This document shows, piece by piece, positions 1 to 14,785 of a stretch of 64,000 nucleotides of DNA. The position numbers were made by a program, and so were the translations under genes. Every line of letters begins with the position of its first letter. The stretch's first letter is position 1. The notes beneath the pieces are model-generated. The model did no database searches. It was not told where the DNA came from and was given only the letters and a program-made list of their open reading frames with translations. Source of the stretch: an uncultured beta proteobacterium (GTDB lineage Bacteria; Pseudomonadota; Gammaproteobacteria; Burkholderiales; SG8-39). Where the stretch lies: contig CAWHBL010000023.1 of the NCBI GenBank assembly GCA_963827555.1, positions 29,568-93,567 on the forward strand, written 5' to 3'.

Positions 1-108
1 ATCCAGATGGGAGGATTCAAGACGCTCAAGGAGGGGGAGAAGGTCCAGTTCGAGATCACCCAGGGCCCGAAAGGGAAGCAGGCCTCGAACATCCAGAAGG
101 CGGGCTGA
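1..108 (+). CDS. Cold-shock protein (CspA family), 3' part only
   Basis: Frame 1 reads [35 protein letters not shown], the typical cold-shock domain C-terminal half; not in the ORF track. Confidence 0.93.
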   Translation: MQMGGFKTLKEGEKVQFEITQGPKGKQASNIQKAG

Positions 109-135
109 ACGAGCGCCCGCGACGCCAACGATTGC

Positions 136-166
136 AAAGCCCCGCCGCGCGCGGGGCTTTTCTTTT
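136..166 (+). terminator. Rho-independent terminator of csp
   Basis: Hairpin aaagccccgc-cgc-gcggggcttt followed by tctttt. Confidence 0.8.
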
Positions 167-198
167 GCCTCACCGGCGCCGGATGGGCGTGGCTCCTC

Positions 199-230
199 AA
201 AAGAAAAAGGGCCCCGCGGGGCCCTCTTCT
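199..230 (-). terminator. Rho-independent terminator of icd
   Basis: agggcccc/ggggccct stem preceded on + by aaaagaaaa (U-tract on the minus strand). Confidence 0.7.
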
Positions 231-257
231 GGTCGGGACGACCGGTCGCCGCGGGGC

Positions 258-1472
258 TCAGCTCATCCTGCGCTTCAGCTCCTCGTTGATCGCGTCCATG
301 AACGCCTCGGTCGTGAGAAAGGGGTGGTCGGGGCGAATGAGAATCGCCAGGTCCTTGGTCATCCGGCCCGACTCGACGACGTCGACGCAGACTTTCTCCA
401 GGTTCTCCGCGAACCGGACGACGTCCGGAGTGCCGTCCATCTTGCCGCGGAACTGGAGCCCGCGCGTCCAGGCGTAGATCGACGCGATCGGGTTGGTCGA
501 GGTCGGCTTGCCCTGCTGGTGGAGTCGGTAGTGGCGGGTTACCGTCCCGTGCGCGGCCTCGGCCTCGACCGCCTTGCCGTCGGGCGACATCAGCACCGAG
601 GTCATGAGCCCCAGCGAGCCGTATCCCTGCGCGACGGTGTCCGATTGCACGTCGCCGTCGTAGTTCTTGCACGCCCACAGATAGCCGCCCGACCACTTGA
701 GGCTGGCGGCGACCATGTCGTCGATCAGCCGGTGCTCGTACGTGAGCCCGGCGGCGTCGAACTTCTGCTTGAACTCTCGCTGGAAGATCTCCTCGAACAG
801 GTTCTTGAACCGGCCGTCGTACACCTTCAGGATCGTGTTCTTCGACGAGAGGTACACCGAGTACTTCCGGTCGAGCCCGTAGTTGAAGCAGGCGCGCGCG
901 AAGCCGCTGATCGACGCGTCCAGGTTGAACATCGCCATCGTCACGCCCGCGCCAGGGGCCTTGAACACCTCCCGCTCGACCGGCGCGCCGCCGCCTTCGG
1001 GCGTGAACGTGAGCTTGATGGTGCCGGCCCCGTCGAACTTGACCTCGGTGGCGCGGTACTGATCGCCGAAGCCGTGACGCGCCACCACCACCGGCTTGTC
1101 CCAGTGGGGGACGATGCGGGGCACGTTCTTGCAGATGATCGGCTCGCGGAAGATCGTCCCGTCGAGGATGTTGCGGATCGTGCCGTTCGGGCTCCGCCAC
1201 ATCTGCTTGAGCTTGAACTCCTTCACCCGCGCCTCGTCCGGAGTGATGGTCGCGCACTTCACCGCGACGCCGTACTGGCGCGTCGCGTTGGCGGCGTCGA
1301 TGGTGACCTGGTCGTCGGTCGCGTCCCGGTGCTCGACGCCGAGATCGAAGTACTTCAGGTCGATGTCGAGGTAGGGAAGGATCAGCTGATCGCGAATTCG
1401 GTGCCAGATGATGCGCGTCATCTCGTCGCCGTCCATCTCGACGACCGGGCTCTTGACCTTGATCTTGCTCAC
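258..1472 (-). CDS. icd: NADP-dependent isocitrate dehydrogenase (eukaryote-like type II)
   Basis: [51 protein letters not shown] motifs; GTG start at 1472 with GGAG RBS. Confidence 0.96.
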   Translation of the reverse strand: MSKIKVKSPVVEMDGDEMTRIIWHRIRDQLILPYLDIDLKYFDLGVEHRDATDDQVTIDAANATRQYGVAVKCATITPDEARVKEFKLKQMWRSPNGTIRNILDGTIFREPIICKNVPRIVPHWDKPVVVARHGFGDQYRATEVKFDGAGTIKLTFTPEGGGAPVEREVFKAPGAGVTMAMFNLDASISGFARACFNYGLDRKYSVYLSSKNTILKVYDGRFKNLFEEIFQREFKQKFDAAGLTYEHRLIDDMVAASLKWSGGYLWACKNYDGDVQSDTVAQGYGSLGLMTSVLMSPDGKAVEAEAAHGTVTRHYRLHQQGKPTSTNPIASIYAWTRGLQFRGKMDGTPDVVRFAENLEKVCVDVVESGRMTKDLAILIRPDHPFLTTEAFMDAINEELKRRMS

Positions 1473-1730
1473 GGGTGCTCCTATGGCGTGGAAGGGGAAT
1501 GGCGGAGGGCGATGATGCAACGCCGCGGGACGGCCGCGATTCTAGCAGACGCGCCCTCCCGCCGGCGGCTCGAGCCGGCCTCCGGCCATGACTCAACACA
1601 TTGGTTATGCAGGGATTTATAGCCGGTAGCCGGGTGTGTCAACCGCCCCCCGGAGCGGACGTTATTGGACATTGACCGGGTAACACCGGTCGTTTCGAAC
1701 AAAACCCGATCCGTCACAGAGAGGAAACCG

Positions 1731-1880
1731 ATGAAACAACTTATCGCCGTCATTTTCGCCGCCATGTTCGCCGCGGTGTCGTTCCAGGCCGTTGCGCAGG
1801 ACAAGAAGCCCACCGCCGAGCAGTGCAAGAAGGACCCGAAGCTGAAGGGCTGCGAGACGGCGGCTCCGGCGAAGAAGTAA
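1731..1880 (+). CDS. Small secreted peptide, copy 1 (signal peptide plus a 2-Cys Lys-rich mature part)
   Basis: RBS gagagga; MKQLIAVIFAAMFAAVSFQAVA-QDKKPTAEQCKKDPKLKGCETAAPAKK; has its own terminator; paralogue at 2026. Confidence 0.85.
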   Translation: MKQLIAVIFAAMFAAVSFQAVAQDKKPTAEQCKKDPKLKGCETAAPAKK

Positions 1881-1898
1881 TCGCCGTACGAGCAAGGG

Positions 1899-1928
1899 AA
1901 GGCGGGGCGAACCCCGCCTTTCTATTTT
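1899..1928 (+). terminator. Rho-independent terminator
   Basis: aaggcgggg-cgaa-ccccgcctt followed by tctatttt. Confidence 0.8.
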
Positions 1929-2025
1929 GTGCGCGGGACGCGTGCTAAACTGCCGCGCTTCCGGTTCCCGGAAGCAGAGACTTGCCCGCCCCCGCGGGTG
2001 CCAAACTAGGCTCAAGGAGGAGTTT

Positions 2026-2166
2026 ATGAGGAAGCTCGTAGCGCTCGTTCTCGCCGCAACGTTCGCGGTCGTGTCGTTCCAGGTCGTCGCTCAGGACAAG
2101 AAGCCGACCGCGGAAGAGTGCAAGAAGGACCCGAAGATGAAGGGCTGTGAGCAGATGAAGAAGTAA
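2026..2166 (+). CDS. Small secreted peptide, copy 2
   Basis: RBS aaggaggag; MRKLVALVLAATFAVVSFQVVA-QDKKPTAEECKKDPKMKGCEQMKK. Confidence 0.85.
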   Translation: MRKLVALVLAATFAVVSFQVVAQDKKPTAEECKKDPKMKGCEQMKK

Positions 2167-2184
2167 TCGCGGCTCGAGCGAGTG

Positions 2185-2211
2185 AAGGCAGGGGAGCGCC
2201 CCTGCCTTTTT
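2185..2211 (+). terminator. Rho-independent terminator
   Basis: aaggcagggg-agcg-cccctgcctt followed by ttt. Confidence 0.8.
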
Positions 2212-2229
2212 CGTTTGCAGCGCGCCAAG

Positions 2230-2686
2230 ATGAAGCAAACCCTCGTGCGACTCGCCCTGATCGCCGCCGTGGCTGCACCGTTCCCGGGCGGCACCCAGCA
2301 GCCCCAGCAGCTGCCCACGATGCCGCTGAACGCCGGCATCCACCTCATCCAGGCCGAGGTGGCGAACACGCGCCGACACGCGAATGATCGGGCTCATGCA
2401 CCGCAAGAAGCTGGGCGCGAACAACGGCATGCTGTTCGTGTTCCCCGACGTCGGCCGCCACTGCATGTGGATGAAGAACACCTTCGTGCCGCTGTCGGTC
2501 GCGTTCATCGACGAGCGCGGGGTGATCCTGAACATCGCCGACATGCAGCCGCTGAACGAGGAGTCGCATTGCGCGACCGCCCCGGCGCGCTTCGCGCTCG
2601 AGATGAATCAGGGCTGGTTCGCCGCCAAGGGCATCAAGCCGGGTGCCAGGATCTCCGGGATCGAGAAGGCACCGCCCCCGCGCTGA
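2230..2686 (+). CDS. DUF192 family exported protein (one frameshift near 2375)
   Basis: N-part ...LNAGIHLIQAEVANT in one frame continues as GLMHR...GMLFVF...CMWMKNTFVPLSVAFID...ALEMNQGWF in another. Confidence 0.85.
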
Positions 2687-2700
2687 CGCCTGCGGCGCCC

Positions 2701-2739
2701 GAAAACGGAAGGGGCCCTCGCGGGCCCCTTCTCGTTTTC
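2701..2739. terminator. Bidirectional terminator between convergent genes
   Basis: gaaaacggaaggggccc-tcgc-gggccccttctcgttttc. Confidence 0.75.
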
Positions 2740-2753
2740 AGCGCTGCCGACGG

Positions 2754-3347
2754 TCAGAGACCGCCGTTCTGCTGCGCCACCATACAGTAGAGCATCGGGA
2801 TCGACAGCATGGTGTTGAAGCGCGAGGTCATGCCCGCCATCTTCGCGGCCTTGGCCTTCTCCTCCGGGCTCACCTGGACGATGCCGAGCGCCTTCTTCTG
2901 GTTCGGCCAGATGATGAACCACACGTTGAACGCCATGATCAGCCCGAGCCACATGCCGATGCCGATCGCGGTGACCGGCGGCTTGAGCGCGAGCGCCTGG
3001 CCGATGTAGCCCATCATCCACGCGAGCAGCGCGCCGGTGACGATCGTGGCCAGCGCCGCCCACCGGAACCAGAACAGCGCCCGCGGCGCGATCACCTTGC
3101 TCACGGCGGGCTTCTGCTCGTCGGGGATCTGCGGCATCGACGGCGTCTGGACGAAGTTGAAGTACCAGAGCAGACCGATCCACATCACGCCCGACAGGAC
3201 GTGCAGCCAGCGCATGAAGAACGCCCACCAGGCGTGGTCGAACTTCATCGCGCCGCCGACCGCGGTGCTCACCACGATGATGATGATCACCAGGAGGACG
3301 ACGCCGGCGGTGATGGTGCGTCCAAGCGATTGAAAGATTGCGCCCAT
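2754..3347 (-). CDS. Membrane protein of the urate hydroxylase PuuD N-terminal domain family
   Basis: RWLHVLSGVMWIGLLWYFNF, ALFWFRWAA, IMAFNVWFIIWPNQKK, SRFNTMLSIP motifs. Confidence 0.8.
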   Translation of the reverse strand: MGAIFQSLGRTITAGVVLLVIIIIVVSTAVGGAMKFDHAWWAFFMRWLHVLSGVMWIGLLWYFNFVQTPSMPQIPDEQKPAVSKVIAPRALFWFRWAALATIVTGALLAWMMGYIGQALALKPPVTAIGIGMWLGLIMAFNVWFIIWPNQKKALGIVQVSPEEKAKAAKMAGMTSRFNTMLSIPMLYCMVAQQNGGL

Positions 3348-3461
3348 GCGAATGCCCCCTTTCTTGTCGTTTGATCGTTGACTCGTTGAACAGCGGTGCA
3401 GCGCGGCGGAGTGTAGCAGCGATTCCGGCGCACCGCCGCGCGGGTAGCGCGCCGAAAGACC

Positions 3462-4817
3462 CTACTCCGACCGCTCCACGCGCGCGGACGCGGTGCCTTC
3501 GGCGAACGTGATGCCGACGAGGTCGCCGCCTGCAACCTCGCGGCTCCGCCGCACGATCCGTCCGGCCTCGTCGCGGACGATGCTGTAGCCGCGCTCGAGT
3601 ACCGCACGCGGATCGAGGTGCGACAGGCTCCGCGTGAGCGCGTCGATCCGTACCGCCCGCTCGGCGAGCCGGCGTTCCGACGCTGCTGCGACCCGCGCGC
3701 CGAGCTGAACGGCGCGCAGCGAGAGCATCTCGAGGGGGGGCAGGTGCCGACGGCTGCGCTCGACGAGGTCGCGGACCCGCCAGCGCTCGCGATCGAGCCC
3801 GCGCGCGACGGTTTGCGCGAGCCGCGTCGAGAGCTGGGCGACCAGCGCACACTGCGCCTCCAGCCGGCGTCCGGGGTGAACCAGCCGGCGCGACAGATGG
3901 TCGACGGTCTGCATCCGGTTCTCGAGGTCGCGCCCGACGCACCGCCGGAGCCGCCCGGCCAGGAGCCCGATCCGCGCCAGCAACTCGTCGCGCGCCGGGC
4001 TGACGAGCTCGGCGGCGGCAGTCGGGGTCGGCGCGCGCACGTCGGCGGCGAAGTCGGCGATCGTGAAGTCGGTTTCGTGGCCGACGCCGACCACGACCGG
4101 GATCGGCGAGGCGCGGACCGCCCGCGCGACCCGCTCGTCGTTGAACGCCCAGAGGTCCTCGATGCTGCCGCCGCCGCGGCAGAGGATCAGCACGTCGCAC
4201 TCGGCGCGCCGTCCCGCTGCCGCGAGCGCAGCGACGATGTCCGCCGGCGCGCCTTCGCCCTGCACGGCGGTCGGGTAGACGACCACCGGGATCGACGGGT
4301 TGCGGCGCCGGAGCGTGGTCAGAACGTCGCGCAGCGCGGCGGCGGCGCGCGAGGTGACCACGCCGATCGCGCGCGGATAGACGGGCAGCGGCCGCTTCGC
4401 GAGCGGATCGAACAGCCCTTCGCGCTCGAGCCGGTCGCGCAGGCGGAGGAATGCTTCGTACCGCGCGCCGAGCCCCGCCGGCCGCATGAACTCGACGATC
4501 AGCTGGAAATCGCCGCGCGGCTCGTAGAGCGTGACGAGCGCGCGCACCTCGACCTGCATCCCGTCGTGCGGCTGCCAGTCGAGCAGCATCGCGCGGCTGC
4601 GGAACATGACGCAGCGCACCTGCGCCGCGCTGTCCTTCAGCGAGAAGTAGAGGTGGCCCGAACGGGCGTGCAGGTAGTTCGAGATCTCGCCGGCGACCCA
4701 GGCGAGCGGCAGGCGATGTTCGAGGAGATCGCGAACGCTGCGGTTGAGCGCGGAAACGCTGAGGATCGCCCCCGCCGGAACCTCGCTTCCCCGCGCCAAC
4801 GCTGGATCTCCGGCCAT
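3462..4817 (-). CDS. xseA: Exodeoxyribonuclease VII large subunit
   Basis: WVAGEISN, SGHLYFSLKD, RGGGSIEDLWAFNDE, GVGHETDFTIADFAADVRAPTPTAAAE. Confidence 0.97.
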   Translation of the reverse strand: MAGDPALARGSEVPAGAILSVSALNRSVRDLLEHRLPLAWVAGEISNYLHARSGHLYFSLKDSAAQVRCVMFRSRAMLLDWQPHDGMQVEVRALVTLYEPRGDFQLIVEFMRPAGLGARYEAFLRLRDRLEREGLFDPLAKRPLPVYPRAIGVVTSRAAAALRDVLTTLRRRNPSIPVVVYPTAVQGEGAPADIVAALAAAGRRAECDVLILCRGGGSIEDLWAFNDERVARAVRASPIPVVVGVGHETDFTIADFAADVRAPTPTAAAELVSPARDELLARIGLLAGRLRRCVGRDLENRMQTVDHLSRRLVHPGRRLEAQCALVAQLSTRLAQTVARGLDRERWRVRDLVERSRRHLPPLEMLSLRAVQLGARVAAASERRLAERAVRIDALTRSLSHLDPRAVLERGYSIVRDEAGRIVRRSREVAGGDLVGITFAEGTASARVERSE

Positions 4818-4831
4818 TTCGGCATCCTAAC

Positions 4832-5035
4832 CTATCCACAGGTGCGGCCCGGCCGGGCGAGGACCGCGCGGCGCGCGCGAAGTTCCCCTACGGCGACGCA
4901 CGTAACTCCCTGACGAAGCAACCGAAATCGAGTCGATCACATTTTCATCACCGGCGGAAATCTCTTTACCTGCGGTCCACTTAGCGCTTGTGCTGACACA
5001 CTATTCACAACCTTATCCACAGCAACTGTGGATAA
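4832..5035. promoter_or_regulatory. Cluster of DnaA boxes
   Basis: TTATCCACA at 5013-5021, TGTGGATAA at 5027-5035 (inverted), near-matches ctattcaca at 5001-5009 and ctatccaca at 4832-4840. Confidence 0.75.
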
Positions 5036-5155
5036 CGCGCGTATGCCGCCCGCATGCGGCGCGCGCGTGGCATCCTGCGCAGCGCCGCTCGCCTTGCTCA
5101 AAGCGGGCTGCGCCGCTAAAGTCTCGACCTTTGTTTTCACTGAGATTTCGCGCGC

Positions 5156-5761
5156 GTGTTCAGCATCATTCAAGCAGCAGGCTGGCCGATCTGGTTCCTG
5201 CTCGCCGCGTCAGTGATCGCCGTCGCGCTCATCATCGAACGCTTCATCGTCCTGCGGCGCCAGCGCATTGCCCCGCCGAGCCTGCTCGAGAAAGTCGTCG
5301 ACGCTTACCGCAAGCAGGGCGTCACCGCCCAGCTCGTCGAGAACCTTTACCGCGACTCGCCGCTCGGCCGCGTGCTCGCGTCGGGCCTGCGCAACCATCG
5401 CGCGCCGCGGCCGGTGATGAAGGAGGCGATCGAAGAGGAGGGCCGCGCGGTCGCCCACGACCTCGAGCGGTTCCTGACCACGCTCGGCACGATCGCCACG
5501 GCGAGCCCGCTGTGGGGCCTCTTCGGCACCGTCGTCGGCATGATCGAGATCTTCGGCTCGCAGGCGCCGTCCGGCGCCAACCCGGCGGTGCTCGCGCACG
5601 GGATCTCGGTCGCGCTCTACAACACCGGCTTCGGCCTGCTGGTCGCGATCCCGGCGCTGATCTTCTACCGGCACTTCCGCGCCAAGGTCGACAGTTTCGT
5701 GCTCGACATGGAGCAGCAGGCCGCGCGGCTCGTCGACATCGTGCACGGGGACCGCGGGTAG
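5156..5761 (+). CDS. exbB: MotA/TolQ/ExbB proton channel family protein
   Basis: LGTIATASPLWGLFGTVVGMI and GISVALYNTGFGLLVAIPA; followed by exbD. Confidence 0.9.
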   Translation: MFSIIQAAGWPIWFLLAASVIAVALIIERFIVLRRQRIAPPSLLEKVVDAYRKQGVTAQLVENLYRDSPLGRVLASGLRNHRAPRPVMKEAIEEEGRAVAHDLERFLTTLGTIATASPLWGLFGTVVGMIEIFGSQAPSGANPAVLAHGISVALYNTGFGLLVAIPALIFYRHFRAKVDSFVLDMEQQAARLVDIVHGDRG

Positions 5762-5771
5762 GGCCCGCGCG

Positions 5772-6188
5772 ATGAACTTCCGCGGCACCAGGAGGGAAGA
5801 TCCGGAGATCAACCTGATCCCGATGATCGACGTACTGCTGGTCATCCTGATCTTCCTGATGGTCACCACGACCTACTCCAAGTACGCCGAGCTGCAGATC
5901 AACCTGCCATCGGCGGACGCCGAGAAGCAGACCGACCGGCCGAACGAGATCAACATCACCGTGAGCGCCGCCGGGCAGTACACGATCGACCGCAAGCCGG
6001 TGTCGTTCACCGGCGTCGCCGCGTTCGGCGAGGCGATGCGCGCGGCGGCCGCCGGCCTCAAGGACCCGATCGTCGTCATCAACGCCGACGCCGCCGCGAA
6101 CCACCAGTCGGTGATCCACGTGATGGAGGCCGCCCGGCTCGCCGGCCTCTCGCACGTCTCCTTCGCCACCCAGACCCAGACCAAGTAG
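5772..6188 (+). CDS. exbD: Biopolymer transporter ExbD
   Basis: EINLIPMIDVLLVILIFLMV, VVINAD. Confidence 0.92.
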   Translation: MNFRGTRREDPEINLIPMIDVLLVILIFLMVTTTYSKYAELQINLPSADAEKQTDRPNEINITVSAAGQYTIDRKPVSFTGVAAFGEAMRAAAAGLKDPIVVINADAAANHQSVIHVMEAARLAGLSHVSFATQTQTK

Positions 6189-6216
6189 GAGGGGCGGCCC
6201 GCCGCCGCTCGGACGC

Positions 6217-7180
6217 GTGGTCGCGAGCTTTCCCGAGCGGCACTGGTATCGCCTGAGCTGGCTCTCGGCGGCGCTCGCGCCGCTCTCGCTCGCCTTCGGC
6301 GCGGTCGTCGGCGTGCGCCGCATCGCCTACCGTACCGGGTGGCTCCGCGTCGAGCGCTTGCCGGTGCCGGTCGTGGTGGTCGGGAACCTCGTCGCGGGCG
6401 GCACCGGGAAGACACCGCTCGTCCTGTGGCTTGCCGAAGCGTTGCGCGCCCGCGGCTTCCGGCCGGCCATTGTCGCCCGCGGTTACCGCGGCGCGAACGA
6501 GCGGCCGCGCGAGGTCGCGATCGGCGGCGACCCGGCCCGCTACGGCGACGAGCCGCTGCTGCTCGCCGAGCGGAGCGGCGCGCCGGTGTGGATCGGCCGC
6601 GACCGCGCGGCCGCCGCCCGCGCCGCGCTCGCCGCGCACCCCGATCGCGACCTCGTCATCTGCGACGACGGCCTGCAGCACTACGCCTTGGCGCGCGACT
6701 TCGAGATCGCGGTCGAGGACGAGCGCGGCTACGGCAACGGGCTGCTGCTGCCGGCGGGGCCGCTCCGCGAGTCGCCGTCGCGGCAGGTCGACGCGACGGT
6801 GCTCAACGGCGCGGTTGCCCGCGCCGGCACGTTTGCGATGCGGCTCGAGCCGGCCGGCTTCCACGGCGTGCGCGATGCGCGACGTACCGCCGGCGCGGAG
6901 GCGCTGCGCGGCAAGCGGCTGCACGCGGTCGCGGGAATCGGCAATCCGGCGCGGTTCTTCGCCACGCTCGCGTCGCTCGGCCTCGCCGTCACGCCGCACG
7001 CGTTCCCCGACCACCACCCGTTTGCGCCCGGCGATCTCGATTTCGCCGACTGCGACGCCGTCCTGATGACCGAGAAGGATGCAGTAAAATGCCGCGCATT
7101 CCCGCGCGACGACCTCTTCGCACTCCGCGTCGAGGCGCGCGTGGACGAGCGCCTCGCCGATCTCGTCGCCCTGCGCCTCC

Positions 7181-7200
<20 letters not shown>
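6217..7200 (+). CDS. lpxK: Tetraacyldisaccharide 4'-kinase
   Basis: [41 protein letters not shown]. Confidence 0.96.
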
Positions 7201-8891
<1,691 letters not shown>

Positions 8892-9033
8892 CCGGCGCGA
8901 GAGCCGCGGCGGGCTTCAAACGCCGACCCGGCGCGGGCTATAATCCCCCGCTTTTTGAACACACAAACCTGGGCCCCGGGGCGGGCCTGCCGGTGCGCCG
9001 CTCGCCCACGCGCGTCCTTCGAAGGGGGATTCC

Positions 9034-11501
<2,468 letters not shown>

Positions 11502-11505
<4 letters not shown>

Positions 11506-13256
11506 TCCCGCGACGCATCGGCGCGCGATCGACGAGGGCAGCCTGGTGGCTGCCCTTGTTTTTTGTCGCGTCGGTCGCGTTCGCACAACCCGCGCCCGAA
11601 GCGGCCACCGGCCGGACGCCGAAGGAGGCTGCGGTCGGCAGCCGCTTCATGGCCGTTGCGGCGCATCCGCTCGCGGTGGACGCCGGCTACGAGGTCCTGA
11701 GGCACGGCGGCAGCGCGGCCGACGCGGCGGTGGCGATGCAGCTCGTGCTCGGACTGGTGGAGCCCCAGTCCTCCGGCCTCGGCGGCGGCGGCTTCATCCT
11801 GCACTACTCGGCGGCCGACCGGCGGCGTGCGGGCGTACGACGGCCGCGAGACCGCGCCGGCGGCGGCGCGCCCGGAGCGGTTCATCGGGCTGTACGGCCG
11901 GCCGCTCGGATTCATGGAGGCGGTGCTGTCGGGCCGGGCGGTCGGCGTGCCCGGCACGATCGCGGTGCTCGAGGTCGCCCACCGCAATCACGGCCGGCTG
12001 CCGTGGCACGAGCTCGCGGCGCCCGCGATCGAGCTCGCCGAGCGCGGCTTCCCGGTCTCGCCGCGCCTGCACGCGCTGCTCGCGTTGGACCCGTTCCTCC
12101 GCCGCGATCCGTACGCCGCCCGCTACTTCTACGAGCCCGGCGGCAAGCCGAAAGCCGGTCGGGACGATCCTCCGCAACCCGGACTACGCGGCGGTGCTGC
12201 GCGAGGTGGCGGCAGGCGGGGCGATGGCCTTCTACAACGGCCAGACCGCGCGCGACGTCGTGGCGGCGGTGCAGAAGCACCCGGTCGAGCCGGGCAACCT
12301 CGACGCTCGCCGACTTCGAAGGCTATGCGACGCAGGAGCGCGCGCCGGTCTGCGGCGCCTTCCGCGCCTATCGCGTCTGCGGCATGCCGCCGCCGAGCGC
12401 GGGCGGCATCGCCGTGCTGCAGATCCTCGGCATCCTCGAGCGGCTGCCGCGAACCGACTATCCGCGCGACCCGGTGGCGGCGGTGCACTTCTTCGCCGAG
12501 GCGGGCCGGCTCGCGTACGCCGACCGCGACCGCTACGTCGCCGATCCCGACTTCGTCGACGTGCCCGTCGCCGGCCTGATCGCGCCGGACTACCTCGCCG
12601 CGCGGGCGGCGCTGATCGCGCCCGACCGCTCGCTGCGGCGCGCGCCGGCCGGCCATCCGCGCGGTGCGCCGACCGCCGCGTACGACGGCGCCGCGCTCGA
12701 GCTCGAGGCGACGACGCACTTCTCGGTCGTCGACGCCGAAGGCAACGCGGTGGCGTCGACGTCGAGCATCGAGGCCATGTTCGGCAACCGGCGGTTCGTG
12801 CGCGGCTTCCTGCTGAACAACCAGCTCACCGACTTCGCCTTCCTGCCGGAGGCGGACGGCGCCCCGGTCGCGAACCGGGTCGAAGGCGGAAAGCGGCCGC
12901 GCAGCTCGATGGCGCCGACGATGGTGTTCGACGCCGACGGCGGGCTCGTCCTCGTCACCGGCTCGCCCGGCGGGCAGGCGATCATCAACTACGTGGCGCG
13001 GGTGGTGGTGGCCGCGCTCGACTGGGAGATGGATCTGCAGGCGGCGCTCGACGCGCCGCACTTCGGCAGCCGCAACGGGCCGACCGAGGTCGAGGCCGGC
13101 ACGTCCGCGGCCCAGCTCCGGGCCGGCCTGGCGGCGCTCGGCCACGACGTGCGGGCACAGGAGATGACGAGCGGCGTGCACGCCATCCGGCGAGTCGGCG
13201 CGCAGTGGGTCGGCGCCGCCGATCCGCGCCGCGAGGGGATCGCGCGCGGCGAGTGA
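11502..13256 (+). CDS. ggt: Gamma-glutamyltransferase (frameshifts between about 11825 and 12305)
   Basis: [22 protein letters not shown] (alternate frame), [38 protein letters not shown]. Confidence 0.9.
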
Positions 13257-13284
13257 CGCGCGGCGCCGCGAAGCGGAGTTCCGA

Positions 13285-13824
13285 TCAGGCCGCGAGCCTC
13301 GCGCGCAGCCGTGCGAGCTTGCGGTAGAGCGGCACGAGCTTGTCCAGGTTCGCAGCCGGGTTCGCTCCGCTCGGATTGGGCGTGACGAACACGCGCGTGA
13401 TGCCGACGCGCTCGGGCTGGAGGCCGGGGACGACCTTCGAGCGCGCCGCGCCGAGATGCTCGAGGAAGATCCGGTACGCGCTCGTGCCCTGGAACCAGGC
13501 GATCGCCGGGCGATGGCGGCGGAGCTTGCGCTCGAGCACGCGCGCGCCGCGAGCGTAGTCGGCGCCGGTCAGCTGGTCGGCGCGGGCGGTAGCGCGCTTC
13601 ACGAGGTCGGTGAAGCCGATGCGATGCACGCGAAAGAGCCGCCTGATCGCCGCCGCCGAGGGCTCGAGCCGCTCGGGCACCAGCCCCGAGGCGTTCAGGG
13701 CGGGCCAGAACCGGTTCCCCGGACGCGCGAAGTTGAACCCGCGCTCGACCGAGTACACGGACGGGTTGATCCCGATGGAGACTATGTCGAGCCCGGGGCC
13801 GAGGTAATCGGGGAGGGTCTTCAT
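13285..13824 (-). CDS. mug: G/U mismatch-specific DNA glycosylase
   Basis: MKTLPDYL...IGINPS...FARPGNRFW...PNPSG; ATGA overlap with miaA. Confidence 0.9.
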   Translation of the reverse strand: MKTLPDYLGPGLDIVSIGINPSVYSVERGFNFARPGNRFWPALNASGLVPERLEPSAAAIRRLFRVHRIGFTDLVKRATARADQLTGADYARGARVLERKLRRHRPAIAWFQGTSAYRIFLEHLGAARSKVVPGLQPERVGITRVFVTPNPSGANPAANLDKLVPLYRKLARLRARLAA

Positions 13825-14785
13825 CCGGCGGTCGCTCCCACCGCGCCGGCCACGACGTCGGCGGCGCGGGCCGCGAGATCCGGAGCGAGGCAGTCGAGCT
13901 CGATGACGTCCGGCGTCGAGCGCAGCCAGGTGAGCTGGCGCTTGGCGAGCTGGCGCGTCGCAACGATGCCGCGGTCGCGCAGGGTCGCGCCGTCGTATTC
14001 GCCTTCCAGATGTGCCCACGCCTGCCGGTAGCCCACGCAGCGCATCGACGGCAATCCGGCGTGGAGCGCGTAGCGGCGGCGCAGCGCCGCGAGCTCTGCG
14101 ACGAGACCGTCGGCGAGCATCCGCTCGAACCGCGCCTCGATGCGCCGGTGGAGGGCCGCGCGGTCGCTCGGCACGAGCGCGATCGGCACGAGGCGGAGCG
14201 GCGGGGCGCCGGTGCGTCCGCCGAGCAGCCGCGACATCGGCACGCCGGTCGAGCGCCAGATCTCGAGCGCGCGCTGGATGCGCTGGGCATCGGTCGATTT
14301 CAACCGCGCGGCCGCGTGCGGATCGACCTGCGCGAGCTCGGCGTGCAGCGCCGGCCAGCCGCGGTCCCGCGCCTCGGCTTCGATTGCCGCACGCAGTCCC
14401 GGGTCCGCCGCGGGCAGGTCCGACAGGCCTTCGCGCAGCGCCTTGAAGTACAGCATCGTCCCGCCGACGAGCAGCGGGAGGTTGCCGCGCGCCGCGATCC
14501 CGCGCACCGCCGCGAGCGCGTCGGCGCGGAACCGCGCGGCGGAGTAGGCCGCGGTCGGATCGAGGATGTCGATCAGATGATGCGGCACGCTCGCGCGCTC
14601 GGCCGGGGTCGGCTTGGCGGTCCCGACGTCCATGCCGCGGTAGACCTGCGCCGAGTCGACGGAAACGATCTCGACCGGGAACCGGCGCGCCAGCGACGCG
14701 GCGAGCGCCGACTTGCCGCTCGCCGTCGGACCCATGACCAGCACCGCCGTCGGCGGCCTGTGGTGGCGGAAGGAGGCGAGCTCAC
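13821..14785 (-). CDS. miaA: tRNA dimethylallyltransferase (5' end affected by an apparent indel near 14760)
   Basis: [45 protein letters not shown]. Confidence 0.95.

Noticed and set aside
132-1622. Long antisense or alternate-frame ORFs (here and e.g. 8938-11586, 26793-28577, 37127-39424)
   Set aside because: Arg/Pro/Ala-rich shadow ORFs expected in high-GC DNA overlapping well-supported genes
4832-5035. oriC
   Set aside because: No dnaA/dnaN/gidA context and no AT-rich unwinding element visible; retained only as a DnaA-box cluster
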